Positions 26,716 to 36,360 of a DNA stretch of 64,000 bases are shown here, piece after piece. The DNA is from Nibricoccus sp. GTDB lineage: Bacteria > Verrucomicrobiota > Verrucomicrobiia > Opitutales > Opitutaceae. Each line of letters starts with the position of its first letter. Position 1 is the stretch's first letter. Where the stretch lies: contig JASGHG010000001.1 of NCBI GenBank assembly GCA_047602425.1, positions 2,624,001 through 2,688,000 of the forward strand. Direction: 5' to 3'. The notes under the pieces are model-generated. The model did not search any database, had not been told where the DNA came from, and saw only the letters and a list, made by a program, of their open reading frames with translations. A program made the position numbers and the translations under genes.

Positions 26716-28464
26716 ATGCCATCTACCCGCCATCTCCGCTTTCCCACTCAAGCCGCTTTTGCGGTATGTGCGGTTGCTGCGATGATTTGGGCCAACCGGA
26801 ACGAGGTTACCCCGACAACAAGTAGTGCACGCCATGCGGTGGCGCGCCCCGTCACATTGGCAGGGAAGCGCGGAAATGTGGCAGCCGCGGCGGCGGCCCA
26901 ACCGGCGCTTCATTCGCAAGCCTTCGCGCCCACGCAGGTCGCGCCGACAAAGGTTACAGCCTCGGTCAGCCAAATTTTGCCGGAGCTTGCGCAGGAAATT
27001 TCCGATTGGCGTGCTTACCGGCCGCAGAAACTCACCATCGCGCCGCACGCCGATTTGGCGATGGATTTTGAAATGACCGCGGTACGCCAGGAAAACGGTC
27101 GCACGATCTGGCAGGGCCGCAACGCATTGACGGGCGCCTTCCTCGTTACCGTTGCGACGGAAAATGACTGGCACGCGATCCTGGAGATTCCCGCGGCTAG
27201 CAGTTTTGAATTTCACATTACCGGTCAGACCGCGTCGGTGACGGAAAAATACGAAATTGGCGCTTGCGGCGCGCACCGACATTTGGGCAGTGCCGATCTT
27301 GCTCAACACACGGTGGTGCTCTCGCCAGATCCGAATTCCGTTTCCGCGGGCACTGATGGCCCTCCAAACGGTGCGGTGGCGAACGTCGACGTCCTCTTCT
27401 TTTTCGACGAGGCCACTTTTGCGGCAAATGGACGCAACTACGCAGCGATCGAAACAGCGATTGAGGCCCGTGTGGAATCAGCCAACTTGGTTTTGGAAAA
27501 CAGCCGCGTGAAGAATTTTCGCTGGCACTATGTTGCGGCGTATCAGGTGCCCGAATACACCGCGACCGGAAAGCTCAAGGACGATTTGAACGCCGTCACC
27601 TTCACGGATAACCCCGCGGGCCAGTTCGTGAACGACAAATGCGCCCTGCACGGAGTTGACCAAGCGGTGGTATTTGTGTCGGGCGCCCGCGATTACGCGG
27701 GTATTGCCTGGGTGCCAAGCGGTGACGATTCGCTTGCGCACAACGCAGCGGTGATTTGGGACAGCAACTACACAGTGCTCGCGCATGAACTCGCGCACAA
27801 TTTTGGCTGTCATCACGACCGCTCCACGGAAAATGCACCCTCGGACGACGGGAAACCTTCTTATGGCTTCCGTTTCGATCTGAACGGCGCCGACACGGGC
27901 ACCGTCATGTCTTATGCGCCGAACCGCGTGCCATATTTTAGCAATCCCGACGTGAGTTATCATGACATCAAGCTGGGTGTGGCCGAAGGCCAGCCTGGCG
28001 CGGCGGACAACGCCCACATTCTCGCTGAAAAAGCCGATATGATGACGGCGCACCGTGAGCTGAGCTCATTGCCCATCATCATCATGCAACCTCAGTCCAC
28101 GACGGTGGTGCGCGGCGCAAGCCTCAATCTCTCCGTTTCCGCTGCGGGCGAAGGCCTCGCTTATCAGTGGCGCAAGAACGGCCAGGCCATCGGTGGTGCG
28201 ACCAATGCCGTGTACTCGAAATCCAGCACGGGCGACGAGGATATTGGTTCTTACGATGTGATCGTTGCCAACGATGCCGGCAGCGCCGCCAGCCGGACTG
28301 CAGCCGTGGCAGTGACAACTCCTTCGACGCAAGTCTCAGTTTCGGCCCAAACCAACAGTCAGGGGCAATCTGGCGATGGTGGCGGCGGTGCCCCAAGCGA
28401 TTGGTTCCTCGCCGCGTTGGCGATACTGGGTGTTGTGCGCGTCCTTCGCCGCCTGACGGCGTAA
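26716..28464 (+). CDS. Reprolysin-like (M12) zinc metalloprotease with an Ig domain and a GlyGly-type C-terminal signal
   Basis: HELAHNFGCHH, Met-turn TVMSY, Ig QPQS..YQWRKNG..GSYDV, C-terminus GGGGAPSDWFLAALAILGVVRVLRR. Confidence 0.85.
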   Translation: MPSTRHLRFPTQAAFAVCAVAAMIWANRNEVTPTTSSARHAVARPVTLAGKRGNVAAAAAAQPALHSQAFAPTQVAPTKVTASVSQILPELAQEISDWRAYRPQKLTIAPHADLAMDFEMTAVRQENGRTIWQGRNALTGAFLVTVATENDWHAILEIPAASSFEFHITGQTASVTEKYEIGACGAHRHLGSADLAQHTVVLSPDPNSVSAGTDGPPNGAVANVDVLFFFDEATFAANGRNYAAIETAIEARVESANLVLENSRVKNFRWHYVAAYQVPEYTATGKLKDDLNAVTFTDNPAGQFVNDKCALHGVDQAVVFVSGARDYAGIAWVPSGDDSLAHNAAVIWDSNYTVLAHELAHNFGCHHDRSTENAPSDDGKPSYGFRFDLNGADTGTVMSYAPNRVPYFSNPDVSYHDIKLGVAEGQPGAADNAHILAEKADMMTAHRELSSLPIIIMQPQSTTVVRGASLNLSVSAAGEGLAYQWRKNGQAIGGATNAVYSKSSTGDEDIGSYDVIVANDAGSAASRTAAVAVTTPSTQVSVSAQTNSQGQSGDGGGGAPSDWFLAALAILGVVRVLRRLTA

Positions 28465-28489
28465 TTTGGAGCAACCTCGCGGTTGGCTT

Positions 28490-29182
28490 TTATTCACGTT
28501 GGCCAAATAAGGCCGTGCCCACGCGAACCTGCGTGCTGCCGGCAGCCACAGCAGCTGCTAGGTCGCCCGTCATGCCCATCGAAAGCTCGCGCAAAGGCGT
28601 GCCGAAGCGAGAGGCTAGTTGATCACGCAATTCGCGGAGCGTGGCGAAGGTGCGTTGCGCCACCGTTGGATCGCTCGAAAGTGGTGCAATGGTCATAAGT
28701 CCGTCTACGCGCAGGTTTTTACAGGCCAGAGCCGCCTCGAGAAGTGCCGGTGCATCCTCGATCTCCGCGCCGAATTTCGCTGGATCGCGGCCGGCGTTGA
28801 TCTGGAGCAGCACCGCCAAGGTCTTGCCGCATTCTTCGGCGGCACGATTTAATAAATTCACTAGCTTCTGGCTATCTACGCTTTGCACGCGATCAAAGTG
28901 TTCGGCGGCGAGCTTGGCCTTATTGGATTGCAGGTGGCCAATAAGTTCCCACCGGAGGTCAGCCGGGCTTAATGGTTTCTTATCAACGGCTTCCTGAACC
29001 CGATTTTCGCCCACCGCCTTTAGCCCAAAACGCGCGGCATATTCGGCGGCCTCCGCCGGATGTGTCTTAGTGACAGCAAGTAGCTCAACATCCGCCGCAG
29101 AACGGCCGGAACTTACGCAAGCTTCGGCGATCTGTTCGAGAACGCGTTCGGTGTTGGCTTTGAATTCATTAAATGAAATCAT
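28490..29182 (-). CDS. yggS: PLP homeostasis protein YggS
   Basis: LLAVTKTHP, GENRVQEA, IGHLQSNK, GLMTIAP, LSMGMT, VRVGTALFG. Confidence 0.95.
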   Translation of the reverse strand: MISFNEFKANTERVLEQIAEACVSSGRSAADVELLAVTKTHPAEAAEYAARFGLKAVGENRVQEAVDKKPLSPADLRWELIGHLQSNKAKLAAEHFDRVQSVDSQKLVNLLNRAAEECGKTLAVLLQINAGRDPAKFGAEIEDAPALLEAALACKNLRVDGLMTIAPLSSDPTVAQRTFATLRELRDQLASRFGTPLRELSMGMTGDLAAAVAAGSTQVRVGTALFGQRE

Positions 29183-29254
29183 GATTAAACAGTCTGTTTA
29201 ATAGATTGCACACGGATAAGTGATGTTTATACAGGGCTGCGAATTTACTGAATC

Positions 29255-30157
29255 ATGCAAATCGAAAACTTCAAAATCTTCGCAGATCTTGTCGAGACGA
29301 AGAGCTTCTCGAAGTCGGCAAAAATCAATGGCATCACGCAGTCGGCTGTAAGTCAGCAGGCCCGCGCGATGGAACGTCATTTCAAGACGCTCCTGATCGA
29401 CCGCAGCCAGAAGCAATTTCAGCTCACGCGCGAAGGGCAGCGCGTGTACGACGCTTCCAAGGAGATGCTGCATCAGTATGAAAAACTCCTGAGCGAATTG
29501 CAGGAGATGAAGAAGGTGATCAGTGGCACGATTCGCATTTCGACGATTTACTCGATCGGCCTTCACGAATTGCCGCCTTACATCAAACGCTTCCTCCAGG
29601 ATTTCCCCTCCGTCAACGTGCGGGTTGAGTACCGCCGGTCGAATCTTGTGTACGAGGACATTCTTCACAACTCCGTCGACTTCGGCTTGGTCGCTTTTCC
29701 GGTCAAAGTGCGCCAGATTGAGGCCGTGCCATTCCGCAACGACCGCCTCGTTCTCATCACGCATCCTTCGCATCCGCTCGGACAGAAAAAAGAAGCCGAC
29801 CTCAAGGATCTCACCGGCCAGCGTTTCATCGGCTTCGACCCCGACATCCCAACGCGCAAAGCCGTCGACCAGATTTTCCGCGACCATAAGATCGAAATCG
29901 AACCTGTGATGGAGTTCGACAACATCGAGACCGTCAAACGCGCCGTCGAAATCGATCATGGCGTCGCCATCGTGCCGCACGCAACCGTTCAACAGGAGGA
30001 AAAAGTAGGCTCCCTCGCGGTGATTCCTTTCCACGGCAAGGAATTCTCCCGCCCGCTCGCCATCCTTCACCGGAAGGGGCGCGTGCTGACGCCGGCGATG
30101 AAAAAGTTTATCGACGTGCTGAGCATGGATCTGGCGGCCAAGCCGCAAACAACCTAA
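29255..30157 (+). CDS. LysR-family transcriptional regulator
   Basis: HTH SFSKSAKINGITQSAVSQQ..LIDRS..LTREG; T-N11-A box ATAAgtgatgtTTAT at 29216-29230. Confidence 0.93.
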   Translation: MQIENFKIFADLVETKSFSKSAKINGITQSAVSQQARAMERHFKTLLIDRSQKQFQLTREGQRVYDASKEMLHQYEKLLSELQEMKKVISGTIRISTIYSIGLHELPPYIKRFLQDFPSVNVRVEYRRSNLVYEDILHNSVDFGLVAFPVKVRQIEAVPFRNDRLVLITHPSHPLGQKKEADLKDLTGQRFIGFDPDIPTRKAVDQIFRDHKIEIEPVMEFDNIETVKRAVEIDHGVAIVPHATVQQEEKVGSLAVIPFHGKEFSRPLAILHRKGRVLTPAMKKFIDVLSMDLAAKPQTT

Positions 30158-30247
30158 AGCATTGCGCACGCCCTCGCCGATCAAGGTACTACCCCTAAAC
30201 GGGGTGTTGCCATGACGGCCGGTTCCTCTTTGAAGTAGATTTCGTTC

Positions 30248-31738
30248 ATGGTTCACAATCTGGTACTTGTCCTTTATAGCATAACGCTGGTCGGTCTGGC
30301 CTGCTTCGCATTGCATCGTGTGAAAATGCTGGGCATGTACCTGTGGGCCGCGCGCAAAAGGCCGCCGCAGGCCACGCTGCCACCGGGGCCGGTTCCGCTG
30401 GTTTGTGTGCAATGCCCGCTTTTTAACGAGCCGCTGGTGGTCGAGGCTTTGCTTGAAAAAGTCACCGCGCTGCGCTGGCCCGCCGGACGTCTGGAAATCC
30501 AGATTCTCGACGACTCAAACGACGAGACGCCGGAGATCATCGAGCGCTGGCTGCAAACGCATGCGGATCGCGCAGCGAACGTGAAACACATTAGGCGAAC
30601 CAATCGCAAGGGCTACAAGGCCGGCGCGCTGGCCTACGGCAACACGCAGACGGCAGCGGAGTTTTTCGCGATCTTCGACGCCGATTTCCGTCCCGAGCCC
30701 GATTTCCTCGAAAAATTGCTGCCGCATTTCTCGAATCCCAAGGTCGGCGTCGTGCAGGCGCGCTGGGAGTTTGTGAACCGTCGTTCCAGTCTGCTGACGC
30801 GCTTTCAAGGCATCTTTCTCGACGCCCATTTCGTCGTCGAACAGGCCGCGCGTTATGGCAACAACCTGTTTTTGAATTTTAACGGTACCGCGGGCGTCTG
30901 GCGTCGTTCGGCCATGGAAGATGCTGGTGGTTGGTCGGCTGACACCGTGACCGAAGATCTCGATTTGAGTTACCGTGCCCAACGCCGTGGTTGGAAATTC
31001 GTTTACCTCGAACATTACACCGTTCCCTCCGAACTTCCGGAAAACCTCACGGCCTTTAAATCGCAGCAACACCGTTGGACGAAGGGTGGCGTGCAAGTCG
31101 CCCGGAAGCAGTTGCGCGATATTCTCCGCAGCGATCTGCCGGGTCCGGTAAAGCGCGAGTCGGTTGCTCATCTCGGCATCGGTTTTGTGCATCCGTTGCT
31201 CGTGACCTTCTCGATTCTTTTTGTGCCGTACCTCTACATCATCGGTGCACATCCGAGCGGCGTCTGGCATTTTCTCAATCCGCTCTCCGTGCTGCTCGCG
31301 GGCGGCACGACCGTGATGTTTTATATCGTCGGCCAATACTTTTTAAACCGCCAATGGCGCGAAGGATTGATCATGTTTGTGAGCAGTCCCTTGTTGCTGG
31401 CGTTTGGTTTGGCCATGAGCGTGACTTGTTGTGTGGCGACAATCGAAGGAATGGTTTCGCTGGGCGGCGAGTTCGTGCGCACCCCGAAAGGCGGACGCGC
31501 GGTCACGGTTGGCGGTTTGGTGGCGCGCTTGCGAAGCCGCACGATGTTCACTGCGATCATGGTGATCGAAGCCGCTATTGGCACGCTGATGCTGGTGGGC
31601 GCGCTTTATTTTCATCGCATCGAAATGACGCAAGTCACCACGGTGCTGGCGGTGAAAGCGGCGGGATTTCTCGGCATGGCGGCGCTGTCCGCTCCCGACC
31701 TTTTGCCGAAGTTTGGTGCCCGTACAGGGGCGGCCTGA
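30248..31738 (+). CDS. GT2 membrane glycosyltransferase (cellulose-synthase-like)
   Basis: DDS, GYKAGAL, FDAD, TED and QQHRW motifs with C-terminal TM helices. Confidence 0.9.
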   Translation: MVHNLVLVLYSITLVGLACFALHRVKMLGMYLWAARKRPPQATLPPGPVPLVCVQCPLFNEPLVVEALLEKVTALRWPAGRLEIQILDDSNDETPEIIERWLQTHADRAANVKHIRRTNRKGYKAGALAYGNTQTAAEFFAIFDADFRPEPDFLEKLLPHFSNPKVGVVQARWEFVNRRSSLLTRFQGIFLDAHFVVEQAARYGNNLFLNFNGTAGVWRRSAMEDAGGWSADTVTEDLDLSYRAQRRGWKFVYLEHYTVPSELPENLTAFKSQQHRWTKGGVQVARKQLRDILRSDLPGPVKRESVAHLGIGFVHPLLVTFSILFVPYLYIIGAHPSGVWHFLNPLSVLLAGGTTVMFYIVGQYFLNRQWREGLIMFVSSPLLLAFGLAMSVTCCVATIEGMVSLGGEFVRTPKGGRAVTVGGLVARLRSRTMFTAIMVIEAAIGTLMLVGALYFHRIEMTQVTTVLAVKAAGFLGMAALSAPDLLPKFGARTGAA

Positions 31739-31824
31739 GTTTTTCGGCGCTTTTGGCGGGAAATATCAGAAGGGCGATTCCCCCGAGCGGGCGCGCCAAG
31801 ATGTCAGATAGCGGGATAAAATTT

Positions 31825-31876
31825 AGAAAACAGAAGGGCCCGCCGATAACCCCTTAACGGCGGGCCCATTATTTTC
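31825..31876. terminator. Probably bidirectional intrinsic terminator
   Basis: GGGCCCGCCG/CGGCGGGCCC stem (31836-31845/31858-31867) with T-rich tails on both strands. Confidence 0.65.
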
Positions 31877-31934
31877 TAGTTGTCCGTTAAACGGACTTCC
31901 ATGTTACCCCAAGTCCCCTGATTGATCAGAGGAT
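31826..31934 (-). ncRNA. Candidate sigma54-dependent small RNA (about 109 nt)
   Basis: Predicted +1 starts a hairpin TCCTCTGA-TCAA-TCAGGGGA; the unit ends at the terminator above. Confidence 0.55.
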
Positions 31935-31944
31935 GGTTTAACTT

Positions 31945-31960
31945 AGCATTGCCCGTGCCA
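31945..31960 (-). promoter_or_regulatory. sigma54 (-24/-12) promoter
   Basis: TGGCACGGGCAATGCT with GG-N10-GC spacing and an exact TGGCACG box. Confidence 0.7.
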
Positions 31961-31974
31961 ACGGAGCAGGGTGG

Positions 31975-33552
31975 TCAAGAATGGCCAAGTTTGGCCAGGG
32001 CGTCGGCGATTTCGCGATCACTGCGGCAACGGGGCATCTTGCTTTGGCCGCCCCATTTTCCGTGGGCGCGCATCCACTGCTCAAAAGTGCCAGATGCAAC
32101 GAGGCGAATGACAGGCGGCTCAAGGCCGAGGCCTTTGCGCTTGGCCTCGTAGTCGTCGTTCAAGCGGATCAATTCGGCGTCCAGTTCGGCGGCGAAGATG
32201 GCGGTTATAGATGGTTCGGGTAGCGTCTTGAGCTCAATCCACCATTCGTGGCTGCCGCGATTTCTTCCCGTGGCGGCGTCGACGAAGAGCGGAGCAACAT
32301 GAAAATTGACAGGCGTCCAGCCATGGCGCTGGCAAACGATGGCGAGAGCATCAGTGAGCTCTTTTTCGATCACATGTTCGCCAAAGGCGCTGAGTTGCAG
32401 CTTTGTGCGGCCCGCGTAGACGAGCCTCGGAATGTCGGTGGAGACAAACCGTACGACATCGCCAATCACATAGCGCATCAGCCCGGCGGGTGTGGTGAGA
32501 ACGAGAGCGTAATCGATGCCGGCCTTCACGCCTTCGAGCGGTACTGCCTTGGGCCCGAGTTCGCCGAGTCGCGTTTCGTCGAATTCGTTGAGCGGCAGGA
32601 ATTCGAAAAAAAGGCCGACATCGGTCATGAGCCGAAGTCCGAGAGCGGCGTCGGCATCTTGCGTGGCAATAAAGCCTTCGGATGCGGGATACACTTCATG
32701 GAAATTGACGCCGGCGCCGAGGGTGGCGCGCAGTTCTTCGGCAAAAGGCGCGATGGGTACGCCGCCGTGGATGAGGCATTCGAGATTTGGCCAGACGGCA
32801 CGGAGATCGGCGGACAATGCCGAACCTTTTGCGGCGCGCTCTCGTACGGCGGCGGCAAGGATGAGCACCCAGCTTGGGATTCCGGCGACAAGTCGAAGGT
32901 CGCGGTTGTGCGTGCGTTCGGCGATGGCTTTGATTTTTTCGGGCCAATTGCCGATCTGTGCGACGTCCGCACCCGGTTCATAGAGGTAATGATTCACCCA
33001 ACCGGGCATGTGCGTGGCGGTGATTCCGCTGAGGTCGCCCGCCCAGGCCTCGAAGGGCTTCGACTCTTCGATGTATGCGAGGGCGGTGGAGCCGCCGAGG
33101 AACAATTGTTTACCGCTAAAGACCGAAGTGCTGCCGGTTCGTGCCGCGTAGTAAAGAAGCGAATCGAGTCCGGCCTGTCGGAAGTGTGCGAGCATTGCAT
33201 CGGTGATCGGCAGATATTTGGTGCGACCGGCGGTCGTGCCGGACGAAACGGCGTAGTATCGACAGCGACCGGGCCAAAGCACGTCAGCCTCGCCACGTTT
33301 CATGCGCTCGATGGGAGCGATGAAATTTTCATAAGTGCGCAGAGGAATTTTTGCCTGAAACTCCGTGTACGTAATGCCCGGATGAAGACCGTTTTCGCGT
33401 CCGAAACTACAGCGAGCCATCGCACTCGTGAGCCGCGCGAAAGTTTTGTGCTGGGCGGGCAGGATACGCTGCGGGTCCCGCAGGCGGCGGGTCGTTCGTA
33501 CGGTTAAGAAACGGGCGCCTATCGTAAGCAGGCTTCGAGGCAGGACCGGCAT
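31975..33552 (-). CDS. GH3 acyl-acid-amido synthetase family protein (auxin-responsive GH3, not glycoside hydrolase)
   Basis: SSGTTAGRTKYLP, Y.ASEGF, GL.RYVIGDVV, GGQSKMPR. Confidence 0.88.
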   Translation of the reverse strand: MPVLPRSLLTIGARFLTVRTTRRLRDPQRILPAQHKTFARLTSAMARCSFGRENGLHPGITYTEFQAKIPLRTYENFIAPIERMKRGEADVLWPGRCRYYAVSSGTTAGRTKYLPITDAMLAHFRQAGLDSLLYYAARTGSTSVFSGKQLFLGGSTALAYIEESKPFEAWAGDLSGITATHMPGWVNHYLYEPGADVAQIGNWPEKIKAIAERTHNRDLRLVAGIPSWVLILAAAVRERAAKGSALSADLRAVWPNLECLIHGGVPIAPFAEELRATLGAGVNFHEVYPASEGFIATQDADAALGLRLMTDVGLFFEFLPLNEFDETRLGELGPKAVPLEGVKAGIDYALVLTTPAGLMRYVIGDVVRFVSTDIPRLVYAGRTKLQLSAFGEHVIEKELTDALAIVCQRHGWTPVNFHVAPLFVDAATGRNRGSHEWWIELKTLPEPSITAIFAAELDAELIRLNDDYEAKRKGLGLEPPVIRLVASGTFEQWMRAHGKWGGQSKMPRCRSDREIADALAKLGHS

Positions 33553-33583
33553 GGAGGCGATTCAGGAGAATCGGGCTATCAGG

Positions 33584-34708
33584 TCAACGGCTCGCAAGGG
33601 CTGGCTGCGCCTTGGCGTTTTTTACTTTGCGATAGAAGTCGGCGATGACGGGCAGAAAATTGAAGTAATGGAAAATCAGCGAAGCATGCTGCACGGGACT
33701 GCCGCGATGATTGGTGATGATCCGGTACTGGCTCTCTGGAAAATAGGCCTGGCGTGCGGTTTCGAGTGCGAAGCGCGTGGGCGAATGATCGGCGATGACC
33801 GAGCTTTCTTTTTCCGCGTAGAGAATGAGCGTCGGCGCTTTGGTGAGCGGGAGAAGTATCTGCGAGAAATACGAAGAGGGCGGCTCAAGATGCCTCAGCG
33901 CCTGCACACGTTCGCACGCTCCATCGGCTGAGATGGTTTGAATGGTTGCGGTAACGGCTTCGTGCAATTGACGGAGTTCGCCGCGGGTCATCAGAACGCG
34001 GAGCGATTCTTTGTTTTGCGCGCCGGACTCGTACATCTTGGTGAAAATTGCACGGGATTTTGCCACCGTTTGTTCATCGGCGCGTTTATTGGGATCGACG
34101 TAAGGCTTGATGGCCCGCCCGAGCAGCGTAGTCGGCTTCGCTTCGCCGGGAGCGAGCAGGTCTTCCACGCAGGCGACGGGACTGACGAGGACGAGGCCGC
34201 GCAATTCGATCTGGCGGCCTTCGCGGCGGGCGCGTTTGAGCCATTCCATCACGAGGCCCACGCCAAAGCTCACGGAAAAAATCATCGGCAATTGGCCGTG
34301 CGTCTCGGCGAGTTCTTCGACCAGATCTTCGAGTTGGGCGAAGAGCATCTCGTTGGAAAAACCATGCCGGGGATAGTTGATATAATAGACGCTGCCATGC
34401 TTGAGCAAAAAGCCGCGCAGAAGGAAAACCTGTTCGGTGGCATCGGGAATGAAACCGCCAAGCACGATCGTGGGCGAAGCGCCCTTGCGTTTTTCGTAAA
34501 GAATATTGCTCGCTTGATGAACGCCCGCGATGCCGCTCAGCAGCACCGATTCCTGTCGCTTGCGAATGGTTGGAGTGAAGGGAACCGGGCGGGGCGGCCT
34601 GAGCTTGTAATCGGTGGCCCGGATGAAGGTCTGAAGGGGCTGGGCCGGCGACATCCGGGTGAATACATTTAAAAAGGAGAGGGCGGGGGCGAGGCTGATA
34701 GCTGGCAT
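33584..34708 (-). CDS. Alpha/beta-hydrolase-fold protein
   Basis: LGGF, nucleophile-elbow-like SVSFG, LVLVSP, PTLILY, late QH. Start uncertain. Confidence 0.6.
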   Translation of the reverse strand: MPAISLAPALSFLNVFTRMSPAQPLQTFIRATDYKLRPPRPVPFTPTIRKRQESVLLSGIAGVHQASNILYEKRKGASPTIVLGGFIPDATEQVFLLRGFLLKHGSVYYINYPRHGFSNEMLFAQLEDLVEELAETHGQLPMIFSVSFGVGLVMEWLKRARREGRQIELRGLVLVSPVACVEDLLAPGEAKPTTLLGRAIKPYVDPNKRADEQTVAKSRAIFTKMYESGAQNKESLRVLMTRGELRQLHEAVTATIQTISADGACERVQALRHLEPPSSYFSQILLPLTKAPTLILYAEKESSVIADHSPTRFALETARQAYFPESQYRIITNHRGSPVQHASLIFHYFNFLPVIADFYRKVKNAKAQPALASR

Positions 34709-34863
34709 GACTTTAGTGGTTTAAGTGAGACCCGGGTTAAAGGAGTGCAGCAAAGGGAATCGGGTGTCGTAACGCGGATTTAACCAGTCTGAGACATGGG
34801 TGTTACTTTAAGGTGCCGAGAAAACCGTTTGCTCCCGCCGGGAGATTTCCCGCAAAGTAGGTC

Positions 34864-35646
34864 ATGGGTTTGCCTGACATCGTTTTCGAGGATGAGACAA
34901 TGATCGCTTTTGACAAGCCTAGCGGTTTGTTGGTCGCACCCGACCGTTGGGACAAAAAACGCGTGAACCTCATGGGCCTTATCCATGAGAAAATGGGCCA
35001 TCACGTGGCCAACGTGCACCGCCTGGATGCCGATACCAGCGGCATCCTGCTTTGCGCCAAAACGAAGCCCGCGTTGGATTTTTTGAGCGGACAATTTCAG
35101 GGCAAAACAGTGGCGAAAACCTATCATGCGATTGTCGCTTTGCTGCCTCCAGAGCGTGCGATGAAATTGGCGACGCCGGTTGTAGCACGTGAATCCGACG
35201 GCAGCCTGCCTGCCAACTTCGTGGTCGACCTTGCGCTCGGAGAAGACGAACAACAGCTGGGCCGAATGCGCGTGTTTCGCAAGCGCGGGGGCAAAGCCAG
35301 CGTCACAGAGTTTCGTGTGCTGGAACGTTTTGGCGGTTTTGCCTTGTTTGAGTGCAAGCCGCTCACGGGCCGAACGCATCAAATCCGCGTTCACCTGGCC
35401 GCGGCAGGCGCGCCGGTCCTCAACGATCCGTTTTACGGCGATCCCGAGGTGAAGCTTCTGCTTTCGGGACTGAAGCGCCGCTACAAAGGCCGCGACGAGG
35501 AGAAACCGCTGATTGACCGCCTCGCGCTGCATGCAAGCGAACTCGTGCTCAAGCATCCAACGACGCGCGAGCTGTGCACGATTCGCGCTGGCCTGCCGAA
35601 CGAGTTCGAAGTCGCCCTCAAATACCTTCGAAAGTTTTCGCGGTAA
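34864..35646 (+). CDS. RluA-family pseudouridine synthase
   Basis: KPSGL, HRLDADTSG, TGRTHQIRVH, LALHA. Confidence 0.93.
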   Translation: MGLPDIVFEDETMIAFDKPSGLLVAPDRWDKKRVNLMGLIHEKMGHHVANVHRLDADTSGILLCAKTKPALDFLSGQFQGKTVAKTYHAIVALLPPERAMKLATPVVARESDGSLPANFVVDLALGEDEQQLGRMRVFRKRGGKASVTEFRVLERFGGFALFECKPLTGRTHQIRVHLAAAGAPVLNDPFYGDPEVKLLLSGLKRRYKGRDEEKPLIDRLALHASELVLKHPTTRELCTIRAGLPNEFEVALKYLRKFSR

Positions 35647-35667
35647 GAGAAGGGCACCGCGCCGGGC

Positions 35668-36234
35668 TCAATGTTTTGCAGCGCGAGCGTGGCGCAAGGC
35701 GGCGAACTTACGCAATGCGGACCGAACCGGATAATAGATACCAGCGACAAGGAACGGGACGCTTACCAGCCAGACCAGCACGCCGCCGAGGAAAACCAGG
35801 CCGAAATGTCCCCAGAATTCCGCGCTCAAAAGACTGTCGAGTCTTTCGCTCCACGTGGGGCCCGGCGTGAGGACGCGCATGATGCCCCTGAGGTTTTCGT
35901 GACGGTCGAAAATCTTTGCTCCAAGCCCAAGGTAGAACGGAATGGCCGGAATATGAATTGGCCATAGCAGCTGGTTGACGATTTGGATAATCGGATGGTT
36001 CAACTTGAACGCGAAGGCGGCCGCCAGGCAAAGAATCCAGGTGCCAAGGCAGGGGAAAAGGCCGCAAGCCACGCCAACGGCAAGAGTAAGCGCGATTTTG
36101 TCGGGGGTGACACCTTGCGTAAGCTGGGCAACGATCGGATCGCGGACTCGTCGTTGCCAGGCATTGCTGGATGACGGTGCGTCGGAAGTTGATTGGTTCG
36201 GCTTTGAGGTGTCGGCGGTCATTCTTTTTTCCAT
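35668..36234 (-). CDS. DUF2062-like membrane protein
   Basis: TPDKIALTLAVGV..GLFP pattern; several TM segments. Confidence 0.75.
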   Translation of the reverse strand: MEKRMTADTSKPNQSTSDAPSSSNAWQRRVRDPIVAQLTQGVTPDKIALTLAVGVACGLFPCLGTWILCLAAAFAFKLNHPIIQIVNQLLWPIHIPAIPFYLGLGAKIFDRHENLRGIMRVLTPGPTWSERLDSLLSAEFWGHFGLVFLGGVLVWLVSVPFLVAGIYYPVRSALRKFAALRHARAAKH

Positions 36235-36360
36235 CGGGCGGAAGCGCGAGGACGAGTGGTCAGCAAAACAAAAACCCCGGCTTTGCCCAGCAAAAGAATG
36301 GAGCTTGCGCGAAGAACCGCGATGGAAAGTCCGACGCGGCCGCCCCCTGGCGCTCTATTT

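Noticed and set aside
30155..30183. sigma28-like TAAA...GCCGATCA before the GT2 gene
   Set aside because: The spacer is 17 nt and the TAA is the lysR stop codon.
31823..31849. GCCGATAA as a plus-strand sigma28 -10 box
   Set aside because: Poor -35 (TTAG) and the box is part of the terminator stem.
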